DNA of 64,000 nucleotides, from the NCBI GenBank assembly GCA_963693365.1, contig CAVNZM010000002.1:3922259-3986258 (forward strand), in the 5' to 3' direction. The position numbers and the translations under genes were made by a program. A model generated the notes under the pieces. That model ran no database searches. It was not told where the DNA came from and saw only the letters and a program-made list of their open reading frames with translations. Of this stretch, positions 17,180 to 30,715 are shown in pieces (position 1 is the first letter of the stretch; every line of letters starts with the position of its first letter). Source of the stretch: Amoebidium appalachense. Lineage: Eukaryota; Protista; Ichthyosporea.

Positions 17180-18110
17180 CCGTCTGCCTGACAGATCCGC
17201 AGTGGACCATGGCCTGGTAGTTTAGGGTGATGAGTGTAGGGTGATGCAGCACCAGAAGGTCCACGTCGTATTCGATGCAGGGCCGGGGCTCTACGTCCTT
17301 GCCCAGAAGCACCATGCCCTATATTGGATAGACGGGGGTATACCGTGAGAAAAACCGAAATTTTAAAGGGCAAAAATATGGAGAGAAAGCAAGAGCAGAA
17401 GAAAAAGTTGCTCAAAAGCCTGGGTGAATGAATAAAGGGGAGATAAATACTGTGCGATGTTGAAACCGAGATACGCATGGTGATGTTATGTATCTACATG
17501 AAGGGGTGAAGTCTTTGCACCATACTACTAGGTGAGTGAAGAGAGGGGAGATACACGGTCGGAAATACTTGAAATTCACAGGGTAACAGTAACGATTTGC
17601 AGAAATACCGAGGGGTGGGAGGGGGTGGGGGCTGAGCTTGTTCCACACAGCACACCGCACATATGAAGTTTAAAGGCAAGGGATGCATAAAGAACACACG
17701 GGTCAATATGCAATACTGATGTGTGTGTGTGTGTGCGGGTGTGTGCATGTGTCTGTGTGTGCATGTCCATGTGTTATAAGAAGATTCGGGAGAAGACCAA
17801 GAGGGGGAGAAACCGAGATGGGAATAGAGGGATAGAGATAGTGAGAGAGACGAGTGAAGGGGAAGGGAGAGAGAGACAGAGAGGGAGGGAGGGAGAGAGT
17901 GTGTGTGGGTGGGTTGGGGGGGGGGGGGGGGGGGGGGGGGGGAGGGCGGGGAGTGAGAGAGTGTGTGTGAGAGGGAGGGATGAGAAATTGAAGTTTCACC
18001 TTGCGAATTTGATTGCGTTTAATCTTTTTGAGGGCAAAGCAGGCCGACTGGCCAGCACGTAGCTCATCAACCGGTAATCGACGTCGGTGGATGCTCTTGA
18101 TGGACACGGG

Positions 18111-18142
<32 letters not shown>

Positions 18143-18236
18143 TGTGTCTGTATGTGTGTGTGTGTGTGTGGTGTGTGTGTGTGTGGTGCGTGTCGTCCGT
18201 GTGTGCGCGTGTGTGCGTGTGGGCGTGTGCGCGTGC

Positions 18237-18271
<35 letters not shown>

Positions 18272-18283
18272 TGTGGGTTTGAG

Positions 18284-18321
<38 letters not shown>

Positions 18322-18818
18322 GGGACGAGGGGAGAGGGGGGGGCGGGGGGAGGAGGGGGAGGGACGCGAAGGGGCATGCATTAGTTGGTGGCAAGCATGA
18401 AAGCTAAGGCATTGAAGAAACCGCGAAAATGGAACAACCAACACAAACACAAAAACCAAAGCGATTGCGCGACAGAAGACCCTTGACCAAAGCCGTGTGT
18501 GTCTCTGTGTGTCTGTGCCTATGTGTGTGTATGAGTGTGAGTGTGTGGTGAGTGTGTGTGTGGGTAGGGGGGCGGGGGGAAGGGGGAGGGGAGGGGGGGG
18601 AGGGGGAGGGGGGTCAACATTACCTCGAAGTGTCCCGACCAATCAGGACCCAGCTGCAGTGTGTCGTTGACTTTCACAATGCCCCCAAGCAGAGTCCCAA
18701 ACACAACAGTGCCCACACCCTGATTGATTGGTTAGATATCATGCAAGTTGATATTTGAAGTGGGTTTTGGTTGGTGGATATTTGATGAGTGCTTTGACAT
18801 GGGAGCTTATATCCTCTT

Positions 18819-18849
<31 letters not shown>

Positions 18850-18962
18850 TCCTCCCCTGCACCCCCTCCCCATTCCCCCCCAAAAAAGAAGAAAGAAAGA
18901 CGCGAAAAAAAAGAAAGGAAAACCACCCACTTCTTGTGTGTACACATGCACATCCAAACGTG

Positions 18963-18993
<31 letters not shown>

Positions 18994-19255
18994 AAAGAAA
19001 AAGAAAAAAAAAGAAAGAAAAAAAGATGACACAGTCGCTAACCCCACATCATGACAAATTTACTGGAGATCCCCCCCCCCCCCCTCCCCCCTTGGTGGTG
19101 GTGGTGGTGGTGGTGAGGGGTGGGTGGGTGGGTGGGTGGGGGGGGGGGCAGAACAAAAAAACAAAAATGCGACGACACCGGAGAAGGGTGACGAGGAAAG
19201 ATGTGTCAGCATGTGTATGTTTGTTTTTAGGTGTATAGGTTTTTTTTTTTTTTTT

Positions 19256-19287
<32 letters not shown>

Positions 19288-19447
19288 TGGTCTCATACCG
19301 GCACGGTGTAAATTTCGCCGATGTGGAACTCTATGGGGTCGTCCACAGAAAATTTCTTGAGGGAGGGGGGTGCAACAGATTCAGGAACATTTTCACCAGG
19401 TCGAGGTTCAGACCACTGACATTGGAGATCTGGAAGATGGGGCACAG

Positions 19448-19494
<47 letters not shown>

Positions 19495-20723
19495 GTGTGT
19501 GTGTGTGCGTGTGCGTGTGCACGCGCGCATGTGTAATTTGGGGGTGGAGGGGGTGGAGGGGGTCATTACAAAGGACTGTCCACGTATCGATGGCGTGCAC
19601 ACATACACACACACACACACACAAACAAGCACACAAACATACGCGCACGCGCGCACAGGCACGCGCGCCGACACACACAAACACCCACCCACCCATGTTC
19701 ATTCTTTTTGTTCATTCTTCCATTCCATTCCTTTCCTTTCTTTTTTTCCTTCATTTTTTTTGGGGGGGGGGGGGGGGGGGGTCTTGCCTTTCTGAGGTGA
19801 AATTTGTTGCTGTCATGATGACATCATCAGGTCCGTTGATGACTACAGGCACCTTGCGGCAGCCGGGGGACTTGAGCATCTTGGTCAACATCTGTGCATG
19901 ATTTTAAAATTTCAGCTTAACATTTCAAACTTGATGTACTTAAAATAAGGGGAATGAAACATGGGAAAGGGGAAATGTAGTGTGTGTCGTGCACTTTAAG
20001 CTGAAGCCAAAAAAAAAAAGAAGAAGAAGAAGAAGAAGAAGAAGAAGAAGAAGAAGAAGAAGAAGAAGGTGGAAACGAAATATAGGAGAAGGGCACCCGG
20101 AGGGGGGGGGGGGGGGGGGGAGGGGGGGAGGGGGGGGAGGGGGGGAAAGGGGGGGGGGGGAGGTGGGGGGGGACAAAAGAGCGGGGAAAGACTACAATAT
20201 CTGTTGCTCAGAGAGGTGAGAATATTCAATCATGTAGGGCACAATAGAATTTTCAAATTGAAACTTAAGGTATCTATGAAACACGATCAAAGCCAAGGGG
20301 GCTGCAATGTGTGTTGGCGCGAATGTTTTCGTTGCACCGTGAAACGGACTTAAAACGAAAAAGGGGAAGGAGGGGGGGGGGGGGGGGTGTTGAAAGGTTG
20401 AAAGCAAAGGGAATACAGGGTCACGAGAACAAAGGGGTAGGTGTGCAATTCCCTCTGTCCCTGTCACACACACACTCTCTCTCTCCCCCCCCCCCCCCCC
20501 CCCCTCTCTCCCTCCCCCCCTCCTCTCTCTGTGTGTATGTGTGTGTGTGCTTGCGCGTGTGCGTCAACCTCTGTGTGCACGTGTGTGTATGTGAGTGTGC
20601 ACCCACGTGCATCTACGTTAGGTGAATACCTACTTGCGTATACGCCATGCAGAGGGTTATAAGAAAAAGGAGTTGAGGCAGTGGGGGGGAGGGGCAGGGG
20701 AAGGGGGGGAATTTTTTTTTTTT

Positions 20724-20754
<31 letters not shown>

Positions 20755-20944
20755 GGGGGAGGAGAGGCGATTGTTCAAGTGCAGATGTGGTGGTAGAGGT
20801 GGGGTTCTATGCGTTCATAAAAGGAGAGGGGGGTTTTCTGTATAACCATTAAGAAAGAGGGGAGGCTGTATCCGTTCGTTGTTTTACTTTTTCCTATATT
20901 TTTTCTTTTTTTCTTTTTTCTCCCTGTTTTTTTTTTTTTTTTTT

Positions 20945-21000
<56 letters not shown>

Positions 21001-21133
21001 CTCTAGGAGAGTTCATTTCATTTTGGGGGATCCATACGTTCATGGTAGACTCGAGCACATTTGGAGGGCACATGTCGATCTTGGTGACGACCACAAACAC
21101 CGGCACACCAAGAGCAAGCGCCAGACGGAGGTG

Positions 21134-21192
<59 letters not shown>

Positions 21193-21329
21193 GGGGGGGG
21201 GGGGAGGGGGGGAAGGGGGGGGGGGGGGGGGGGGGAGCCACCGGGAGGGAGGGGGGGGAGGGGGGGGGGGGGTGTTTAAGTGTTCCGAATCCCAATTACA
21301 TTTTGGTTGTTGCGAGTTAGCCTCCCCCC

Positions 21330-21399
<70 letters not shown>

Positions 21400-21518
21400 A
21401 AAAAAAAAAACCCATGTCCCCACGCTACCAATAAAAAATAATCACCAACACATCAGAACCTATTCGCCCAGGCAATCACCCCCTTACCCCTTACCCCCCT
21501 TTCCCCTTATCCCCTTAG

Positions 21519-21576
<58 letters not shown>

Positions 21577-22453
21577 ACCCACCCAAAACACACACACACA
21601 CACACACCACCACCACCACCACCATCACCACCAAAGACCTATATTTTAAAAAAATTAAAATAAAGGGAAAAATAAGACAAGCAATCCCAAACCCCACACC
21701 CACCCACCCCATCCTAATACAGGTACGGAGTATTGCATCCGAATGAATACCCTACTCAAGTCGTTTGGGTTTATTAGCCTCTGAGATATTGTGAAATAAA
21801 ACCCGTACCTTTTGTCATGCCGATGACACCAGCGTTAGAACCAACCTGCCGACCCATATTAGTGACCAGAGACATCCCCTCCTCTCCCCCCTCCCCCCCC
21901 TCCCCCCCTCCCCCCCCCCCCCCCCAAAAAAAAAAAAAAAAAAAAAACCCCTGTGTAAAAAAACAAAAAAAAAAACAACAACAACAACATAAACATACAG
22001 AATAAACGCACGAGAAGGTCACTGAGCCCATGAACCAGTTGACTGGGCAGAATTAGCCAATCGAAGCATTTTTGCTTTGAAGTGTGCATGATATCTGTGA
22101 AATCAGAGCAGACATACCATAAATGGGCATATGAAAACTCCTACAAACAGCATATCCGTTTCTCTTTGTGAAACATTAAACAATTAATACCATGATCATC
22201 TGTAAAAGCATTGATTGATTCGACAATATCAGCCAATGATAGCCGTTTTGCACGTGTCATTTGCATACCATCAGCATGCAGTAATCTGGGATCTGTGACG
22301 TCAGACCGTAGATGGTCGTCTTGAGATATCTCTCGTGCCCGGCAAGATCGATGAACGTGATCACCTTGGCAGACTGCGTGTGTGTTTGTGTGTGTGTGTG
22401 TGTGTGCGTGTGTGTGTGTGTGTGTGTGTGCGTGCGTGTGTGCGTGTGCGTGC

Positions 22454-22527
<74 letters not shown>

Positions 22528-23755
22528 ATGTGAAGAGTTGTGGTGAAGAAAAGTTAGACGGTGTTACAGAGTACGAAGTACGAAGGACACGTACACGCAC
22601 GCCCTTCCCCACTCCCGCTATGCCTGCAAGAAGGAGAGAAAAGACAGGAGAAAGAGGAGAAAGGGGTGGAAGGAGTTAGGAGGGGGGAGAAGGAAGCAGG
22701 CAGGCAGGCATCCACCTTTGCACAGATATCAGCCCAGTTCTGCTGGGGAGTTGCTCTGTGGTGGTCCCCGTGTCTCTCGTTGACTTGGTGGTTGACTATG
22801 GCCCCAGTGGTGTCAAAGCCCAATATCTCCTGCCCAACACTCGAGGTACGGCCTGTCTCCAACTCGTGCTGTGTGTGTGTGTGTGTGGGGTGGGGGGGGG
22901 GGGGGGGGGGGGGGGGTTTCAACAATTCTGTGTGTGGATGGGTGCAGGCAAGTGTGCATGCATGTGTGTGTCTGCAGGCAAGGGCACTGTGCGTTGGTGT
23001 GTCTGTGTGTGTGCGTTGGGAGGACAGCGGAAAAGAGGGGGCCGGGGAGGGGGGGGGGGGGGGGGGAGGACGGGCAAGAAGCGAGGGGAAGTATAGGTTG
23101 CAGACTACGAAGTACACATCCACGAGAAGCAACACAACACAGACTTTTCAGAAGCACACACACACACAACACACAAATAGGAATGTGCATCTATTTCAGT
23201 TTTTTCTTTCTTTCTTTTTTTTTTTGGGGGGGGGGGGGGGGGGGGAGGGGAAAGAGAGGGGAGGGTGGGGGGAGGGGAGGAGGGGGGAGGGGGGAGGGTG
23301 GGGGCGGAGGGGGAGGTTACCTTGTGACGGAACAGTTTTTGCCGTGAGAGCCCTCTGCCGTTATCCAGGCCACCATAGGTGAGCACCCCAAGGAAGGTGG
23401 ACTTACCGGCATCTACATTGCCTGTCACGGCTATGCGCACCTGTACGTGTGTGTGTGCGTGTACGTGTGCGTGTACGTGTGTGTGTGTGTGTACGTGTAC
23501 GTATACACGAGCGCGTGCGTGCGTGCATGCGCGCGCATGCGTATATGTGAGTGTACGTGCGCCTGTGTGTGTGCGCCTAACCGTGAGTGTGTGTATGGTT
23601 ACACACACGTGTGTGTGTGCAAAGTATGTGTATGTGCTTTTTTGTTCGCGTCCGTGCATGTCTGTCTGTGGGTGTATGAGTTTGTGTGTGTGTGTTCGTA
23701 TGTGTCAGTAAGTATGTACTAGCATGACCACCATGGGTAACGCTAGAACGTGTAG

Positions 23756-23803
<48 letters not shown>

Positions 23804-23981
23804 ACACCGCGGAGCCCTTCCCTGCCTCTTTTTTTTTGGCGTGCCTAATACGGGAAAAAGGGTGCTGGTAAAAATGTTGGTGGCCGGTGGGAGATGCAAT
23901 GACAACTGTTTGTGTTAACTGCTTCTCCCCCCCCCCCTTTTTTCCCCTTCCTAGTATGGTGGTCGCTGTGTGTCTGTGTGT

Positions 23982-24049
<68 letters not shown>

Positions 24050-24311
24050 AGGGGGGAGGGGGGGGGTTACAAGCACTGACCTCTGTGAACTCCACCTCCA
24101 CCTCCTCCTGCCTAATTAGGTATTCGGCTACTAGCCCGGTCTCTGATTCGTGCTGCCGCAACAGCTGCAAAATAAAATTCAGCACACATGGCTTTCGATT
24201 CAGTTGCCTCACTAGCATCACCCCCCCCCCCCCAAAAAAAAAAAAAAAAAAAATAAATAAATAAATAAATAAATAAAAAAATAAAAAATCCACCCTTTTC
24301 ATAACCCCCCC

Positions 24312-24344
<33 letters not shown>

Positions 24345-24473
24345 CCTCCCCTCCCCAAACACCCTGTCTAACCCCTCCACCAGAACTTCACAGAAAAGCA
24401 ACCAAAAATTTCTTCGCAAAATTCCCAAATGCCAAACACAGATATGCACTGGATTTGCCACACAACGACCCCC

Positions 24474-24504
<31 letters not shown>

Positions 24505-25079
24505 ACCATCCCCCACCACAACAACAACAAAATAAAAAAGAAAAGAAAGAAAGAAAGAAAGAAAAAAAAAAGAAAAAAGAAAAAAAAATATGCACCTACC
24601 TTCCTTTTCCTCAAGTTTCAGACCCCCCCCCCCCCCCCCCCCCCCTTTTTTTTCCCCGGGAAAAAAGAAAAAAGAAAAAGGATTTCGACACAAATATAAC
24701 GAATTTTGACTTTTCACTTACCGAAATTTGGGCCTCACACGACTTGGCCAGCGCCTTGAGGGTGGCCACCGACTGCTCCAACTGTTCGGCACTCAGCCCG
24801 GGTGGCTCCCCGTTTTCTGTTGGGAATTTCGGTGTTTTAAGTATACATGAACAAATGTATTTCTAGTATTTTTTTTGTGTTTTTCAGTGTGTATGCCAGT
24901 AATCGTGTAAGCATGAATGGGAAAACGACACCTTTGAATTTCACTAAATGCTTAGCACATCTACTTCCTACCATCCACCACAACTCACATGAATTAATTA
25001 TTATAACACACACCTTCCCTTCCCCCTTCCTCCTTCTTTGAATTTCTTACAAGCCCCCCCTCCCCCCCCCCCCCCCCAA

Positions 25080-25173
<94 letters not shown>

Positions 25174-25573
25174 TCATTATAACAACATCAACAACAATAA
25201 TAACAACGATGATATATTAATGGTGATCATTATCAATAAACACGAACACACTTCCATCTTCTCCCATCTCAATCCCAATATAGCACTCAAATACATCGAT
25301 ATCACCGAATCAGTACGATTATTCATACTGACTAGAAATACACCAGCAACCCTATTCAATACTGTAACCAATCACATCAACGGATCGGTCCGATTAGACA
25401 TACCACCAGCACCCAGTTCAATACTGTAACAAATCACATCAACGGATCGGTCCGATTAGACATACCACCAGCGCCCAGTTCGATGATTGTCTCTCTGCCC
25501 CCGTCAGCCAGCTGCATCTGCAGTTGCATTAAAAGCATCTGATGGTCCTCCTCACTGGGGTTCACGTACTTGG

Positions 25574-25635
<62 letters not shown>

Positions 25636-25656
25636 TGCGCGCGCGCGCGCGTGTTC

Positions 25657-25727
<71 letters not shown>

Positions 25728-25802
25728 CGCGTGGATGCATGCGCGTAGGTGTGTGCGTCGGTGCGAGTGAGTGTGTGCCTGTGCGTGCGTGTGCGTGTGC
25801 GC

Positions 25803-25845
<43 letters not shown>

Positions 25846-26237
25846 CCTGCGTGCGTGACGCGTGTGAAAGAAGTATTTGAAATGTATGGAAGACACTTTC
25901 TAATTTCACCCAATCTGCTTGTACACTGCTTCATATTGTCTCCCCTCTCCTCCTCCCAATAAAAAACAGACAGATACATCTTTTTAACCCATCCTTTAAG
26001 CAAAAAACACGAACGCTATAACACACACTTGCAGCAGCCCCCCCCCCTCCCCCCCCCCCTCCCCCTCCCACACACACACCACTCAACCATTCACCCACCC
26101 ACACACACACACCACCCCCCTTCCCCACAAAGCATACCCACATCCACAAACAGCTTTTTCTCACCCGGAACAACAAAAAAGACGAAAACAGAGTCGAACA
26201 AAAAATATCAAGACGAACATATATAACACAATGCAAG

Positions 26238-26279
<42 letters not shown>

Positions 26280-26282
26280 AAT

Positions 26283-26354
<72 letters not shown>

Positions 26355-26742
26355 AATAATAATAATAACTTAGTAATAATAATAATAATAATAATAACAA
26401 TAACAACAATAACAATAACAACAATAAAATCAAACAAAAAGAAGCAAGAAACACTCTTCCCGTTTCTCTTTCAAGCAAGACCAAACCCCCACAACACCAG
26501 CCATATACCTTGCCGTACACGTCCTTCAACATCATCTCCCCCATGTCAAACAGAGACGGCTCATTCTCCCCCGCCTTTTCCTTCCCCTTGTCATGATTCC
26601 TTGGCTCTTTCCCCTTTTCAATCTTCTCGTTCTGTTTCTGTTTTGTGTCCTTGACAGCAGCACTCACGGAACGGGTGGAAGTAGAGGAAGAAGGAGCAGT
26701 GGTGGTGGCGGGTTCCTCGTTGGGATCTTTGGAATCTGCCAT
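16147..26742 (-). CDS. GTPBP1: GTP-binding protein 1/2 family translational GTPase, ~625 aa
   Basis: Exons 26509-26742, 25466-25574, 24722-24816, 24081-24164, 23321-23440, 22716-22868, 22269-22373, 21809-21845, 21038-21135, 19788-19891, 19299-19448, 18624-18719, 18000-18110, 17181-17318, 16742-16885, 16147-16245. Motifs: [72 protein letters not shown]. The frame needs one extra C in the run at 19365-19370. GC donor at 19787. Confidence 0.93.
23109..23135 (-). repeat. Copy of the dispersed intronic element (GTPBP1 intron 5)
   Basis: Minus strand GTGTTGCTTCTCGTGGATGTGTACTTC. Confidence 0.65.
25361..25484. repeat. 62-bp tandem duplication spanning the GTPBP1 exon 2 donor
   Basis: actgtaac.aatcacatcaacggatcggtccgattagacataccaccagc.cccagttc.at occurs twice; a degenerate third copy lies at ~25295-25360. 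Confidence 0.9.
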
Positions 26743-28229
26743 TACCGCCTTTGTAAAGTAGAGTTGCATATTAGTGCAGGGCACAACAGGCTGGTGCACG
26801 CACACCAACACCAGGTGGAAAGAAACTATAAAAGCAAAGAGGGCCATTGCATAATTGAAGTAGGATTGGGGAAAAAAGAGAGGAAAAGGGAGGAAGACGG
26901 GGGATAAAATTTATAACAGATCTAGTTTCCACAACGTCGGTAACAGCTGCTCGTGCAGGGGTGTTACTTATGCAACATCCCAGTAAATAAGTAAATATCC
27001 TGTGTGATCTTCAAAAAACGACAAACAACAACCCCTTAACTTCTCATTACGAAATACCAATATATCCAGCGATTCCTGTAAGCAAAAAATATAGATGTTG
27101 GGGCCCCCTTTTTTTTTTCTCTTTTGAGTTTGGGAAAGGAGGGGGGTGGGGGGGAGGGGGGGGGTGGGGGTTGGAGACCCACCTTTCCTACGTTGATCTG
27201 CTTCAGAGGCCCAGTTTTGAGCGCCTGAGCCTTCGCTTGCTGCAACACCGTAGCACGCGTCATTTTCTAGGGGGAGAACACAACGCTTCTTTGATGTTTT
27301 TTATAAATCGGGTCTTTCAAAGAGTGTGTGCAATGCGGCAAGTCAAAGTCTTGACAGAGTGCGCGGATGGCTGTACAGTCGCGCAATCAAAAGACTTCAA
27401 ACCCACACAAACAGTCCGAATCACATCACAACAGCAAACACAAACGCACGGGCATCGAAAACACCGTGCTTTCGTTCAGGTCAAACCCAAGGAGCGTCGC
27501 AAAACTCAAGTTGTTTTCCTACAATACTGTGTGCACGAAGGTTTTTGTTTACCTTCAACGGTCACGGCGCGTCATCATGCAATGCTGACCCCAACAGGCT
27601 CAGACGCCCCACCAATCAGGTTGAAAAAAGCAAAACAGTAATAGCCATATATGGAAGTAACGCGTTCGCTTATCTACCGCCATCAGTTCATGGCGCCGGA
27701 AAGCGGCTTTTTACACATAGGGCGACAGAGAAACTAATAATAGCACCAAGTATTGCAAACTTCGCTTTCGTTTGCCAGGGGGCCCCGAGACTTGTTTGTT
27801 TGATGCTAGCACCAGCCCTACGGATTATAACTTATGATACAGAGAAGAGTCGAGCTTTGTTCAACTCACAATAGCATTGTGTTTGAACAGAAGCGTTTTT
27901 TTTTTTGTTTTTTTTTGGTTTTTTTTTTTTTTTGGGGGGGGGGGGCATATGGGGGGGGGGATGTTGTTATTCATACCTATCTAACTGAGCATGAGTAACT
28001 TAGTGTTCTCATAGGCCGTTCTGATTCTCATGCTAAGTCAAGTGAATCAGATAAAGGTAGATGCACGTGCGTGGGCCAGTTGTAGGTCTTACTGCTAGCC
28101 CGCACATTCGATGTGAATGATTGTGCAGTATCATGATTAGTGTGCAACGAAGAATACGTAGAATTAGTGTGGGTTTTGTTCAATAACAAGTTGGCATATA
28201 TAGTTGGACGTGCACGTGCATTATGTGAT

Positions 28230-28355
<126 letters not shown>

Positions 28356-28564
28356 ACGATGCTGTAATCATGTGCTGCCAAAACCCGCGTACACATGTGT
28401 CGTGTACACCGAGTGATGCATCCTGGTGCATCCACACACATCTCGGACCACGGTGTTCTTCATTCACTTCAGGTGCTATGTAATATTCACACCCGCACCG
28501 GCACACATGCTGAGTACTAGTGAGCCTCCACACACGCACACACACACACGTACACACACAGTGT

Positions 28565-28596
<32 letters not shown>

Positions 28597-28827
28597 CACA
28601 TACACACACACACGTGTTAAAAAAAAAAAAAAGGAACGGAAACAAAAAGAAAGAAAAGCACTCGTACGCACAACCACCTGCAAGTCAGTGTACATATGAC
28701 AGTAATTGTCACCCCTAATGCATGTCACGTACATAAAGCCCATGAGGAATTATCTTCAGGAATGTGAACTCCTGCATTCTGATCAGACTTCGAAATTTTC
28801 TACAATCCATAATACTTTTTTTTTGGT

Positions 28828-28866
<39 letters not shown>

Positions 28867-29410
28867 GGGGGGAGGGGGATATCTACCGATGATGTACACG
28901 GAAATGCCGCAACCAGTATATATTAGATTAATAATTAGTGTACAGCAGTTGTGGTTCAAGCCTTTCAAACTATAGAAGAAGTGTTATGATATTCCACTAA
29001 GTCACACCAGCTGCCGCAGCTGTAGCATCGTCGGGCCACATTATTCACCCGTGACTCCTTTGCATTATAACCCTGCATTTTATTGGTCATGCAGCCAATC
29101 GAGAGGCGAAGAATAGATCTATTCGGAATCGCTAAACGCCTATTGACCCACTGAAACCGTTACAGGGACAGCTCATTACGACGTGACCTCACTGTCACAC
29201 TGCCACTCTTGCACAGTGTTCAGTACTTAGTTGTTATTGTGTAAACTTCCTTATTTGTTCTTTTTAACCCCCCTCATACGTACACACCAGCTAGCCCCCT
29301 CCTTCACATTTTATCTTTTCCATCTTTAAGCATGACCTGATAGATGTTCTTAGGAACACTTCCATAGGGCAAACACCTAGTGCTGTAATCTCATAGTTCA
29401 AGACGCCACC

Positions 29411-30715
29411 ATGACTTCGACTTTCTATTCTATCGATTCTTCTTTCGGTGCCCTTTCTAGCGACTCAACCACCATTGAAACGGGTGGGAAAGACAAAAAT
29501 CCAAGGAAAGGCTTGAACAATGCGAGTCTTCACGCCACCGTAGATGTACTAGCGACTAAGAGAAAGAGGGAAAGAGAGAGAAACACAGCTAGGGCGGCAG
29601 AAGCCAAGAAAGCACACAAGCAATACCAAAGAAGCTCGTGGTTGACTTTCGCAGTAGTATTCACAGCCATTTTCTCTATGGAAATAGGTGCCCTGGTGCT
29701 CTGTTTTCGCGTGTCTGATAACACAGCACCTTTGTCCCTCTTGCTGGGGCTGGGAGATGAGATCAAAGCTGCATTCGACGGCATGAAAAGCGACTCAACC
29801 GGCGTTGACAAGGTGGCTAACATGAAAACACTTTTGAAACTCACACATGCCTACCCCAAAACCATTGCACGGGCTATCGAGTTGGCGCATAAAATTGAGC
29901 ACATCGTCCTTGTACCCATCGTAATCCAGACGATTATTCTTGTGGCAGTCATTATCGCTCTTTTTGTAAACAGAAACGCAAAGGTGGTGAAGTCCCGCGG
30001 CCGCCCGTTTCTCATTCATTTTTTCGTTGCCGCTGCCTTCACCATGATAAGTTCTACAGCTCTCGCGCTGAACGCCTGCCTTTTATTGGTGGATATCCCG
30101 CCAAATTTAACCCCAGCAAGCGCGCCGGCGCTGAGGGCGCTGGAAAAAGACCTGTCGTTGCATACCTTCCTGGGGTCAACCCTGTCTATCTCATTCGTGT
30201 TGGTTATGATTGCGGCGCTTGTACAGAGACAATACATGATTGCCCAATTGTTCAACAACACGGTTGGCGTGAAGGTGAAGAACGTGAGCTACTGGAAGTA
30301 TTTTTGGGTTCAGTTTATCGTCATTTTCGTGGTTGTGGCCGCTCTTTTGGTGTGGGCCTTCAAGTACAACTTCGATAGCTCGCAGCGCTGGGCCATAGGC
30401 TCCGTCTTCATCCCCATTACCGTGTACGGCGGCGTGTTCCTCTACTTTGTTGTCATCACCAAGGAAGCAACGGTGGTTTTTAGTGATTTCCAACTGAATA
30501 TTCGCTGTTTTGTGTGGATAGAAGCAATCATGTTGGCCATGGTCATTCAACATCTGATCTGGCCTGTGTCGATTCTTTCGATGTCTCACGGGTGGGCGGC
30601 GGCTATTCGTTGCGCGGCGACGGTGACTGCATTGGACATATCGGGCAGTTTGTATTTTATGAATAAGCACATGGCAGCTCTCAATGAAGCAGCTAGAGTG
30701 CCCGTTCTGTTGTGA
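29411..30715 (+). CDS. Intronless multi-pass membrane protein, class C GPCR (7tm_3)-like
   Basis: Clean 434-aa ORF with a gccaccATG context and ~8 hydrophobic segments. NRNAKVVKSRGRPFL follows TM1, LVQRQYMIAQLFNN ends TM3 and FSDFQLN precedes TM6; these resemble class C 7TM motifs (R..VK..S..F, K..RI..IF, FNE). Confidence 0.7.
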   Translation: MTSTFYSIDSSFGALSSDSTTIETGGKDKNPRKGLNNASLHATVDVLATKRKRERERNTARAAEAKKAHKQYQRSSWLTFAVVFTAIFSMEIGALVLCFRVSDNTAPLSLLLGLGDEIKAAFDGMKSDSTGVDKVANMKTLLKLTHAYPKTIARAIELAHKIEHIVLVPIVIQTIILVAVIIALFVNRNAKVVKSRGRPFLIHFFVAAAFTMISSTALALNACLLLVDIPPNLTPASAPALRALEKDLSLHTFLGSTLSISFVLVMIAALVQRQYMIAQLFNNTVGVKVKNVSYWKYFWVQFIVIFVVVAALLVWAFKYNFDSSQRWAIGSVFIPITVYGGVFLYFVVITKEATVVFSDFQLNIRCFVWIEAIMLAMVIQHLIWPVSILSMSHGWAAAIRCAATVTALDISGSLYFMNKHMAALNEAARVPVLL

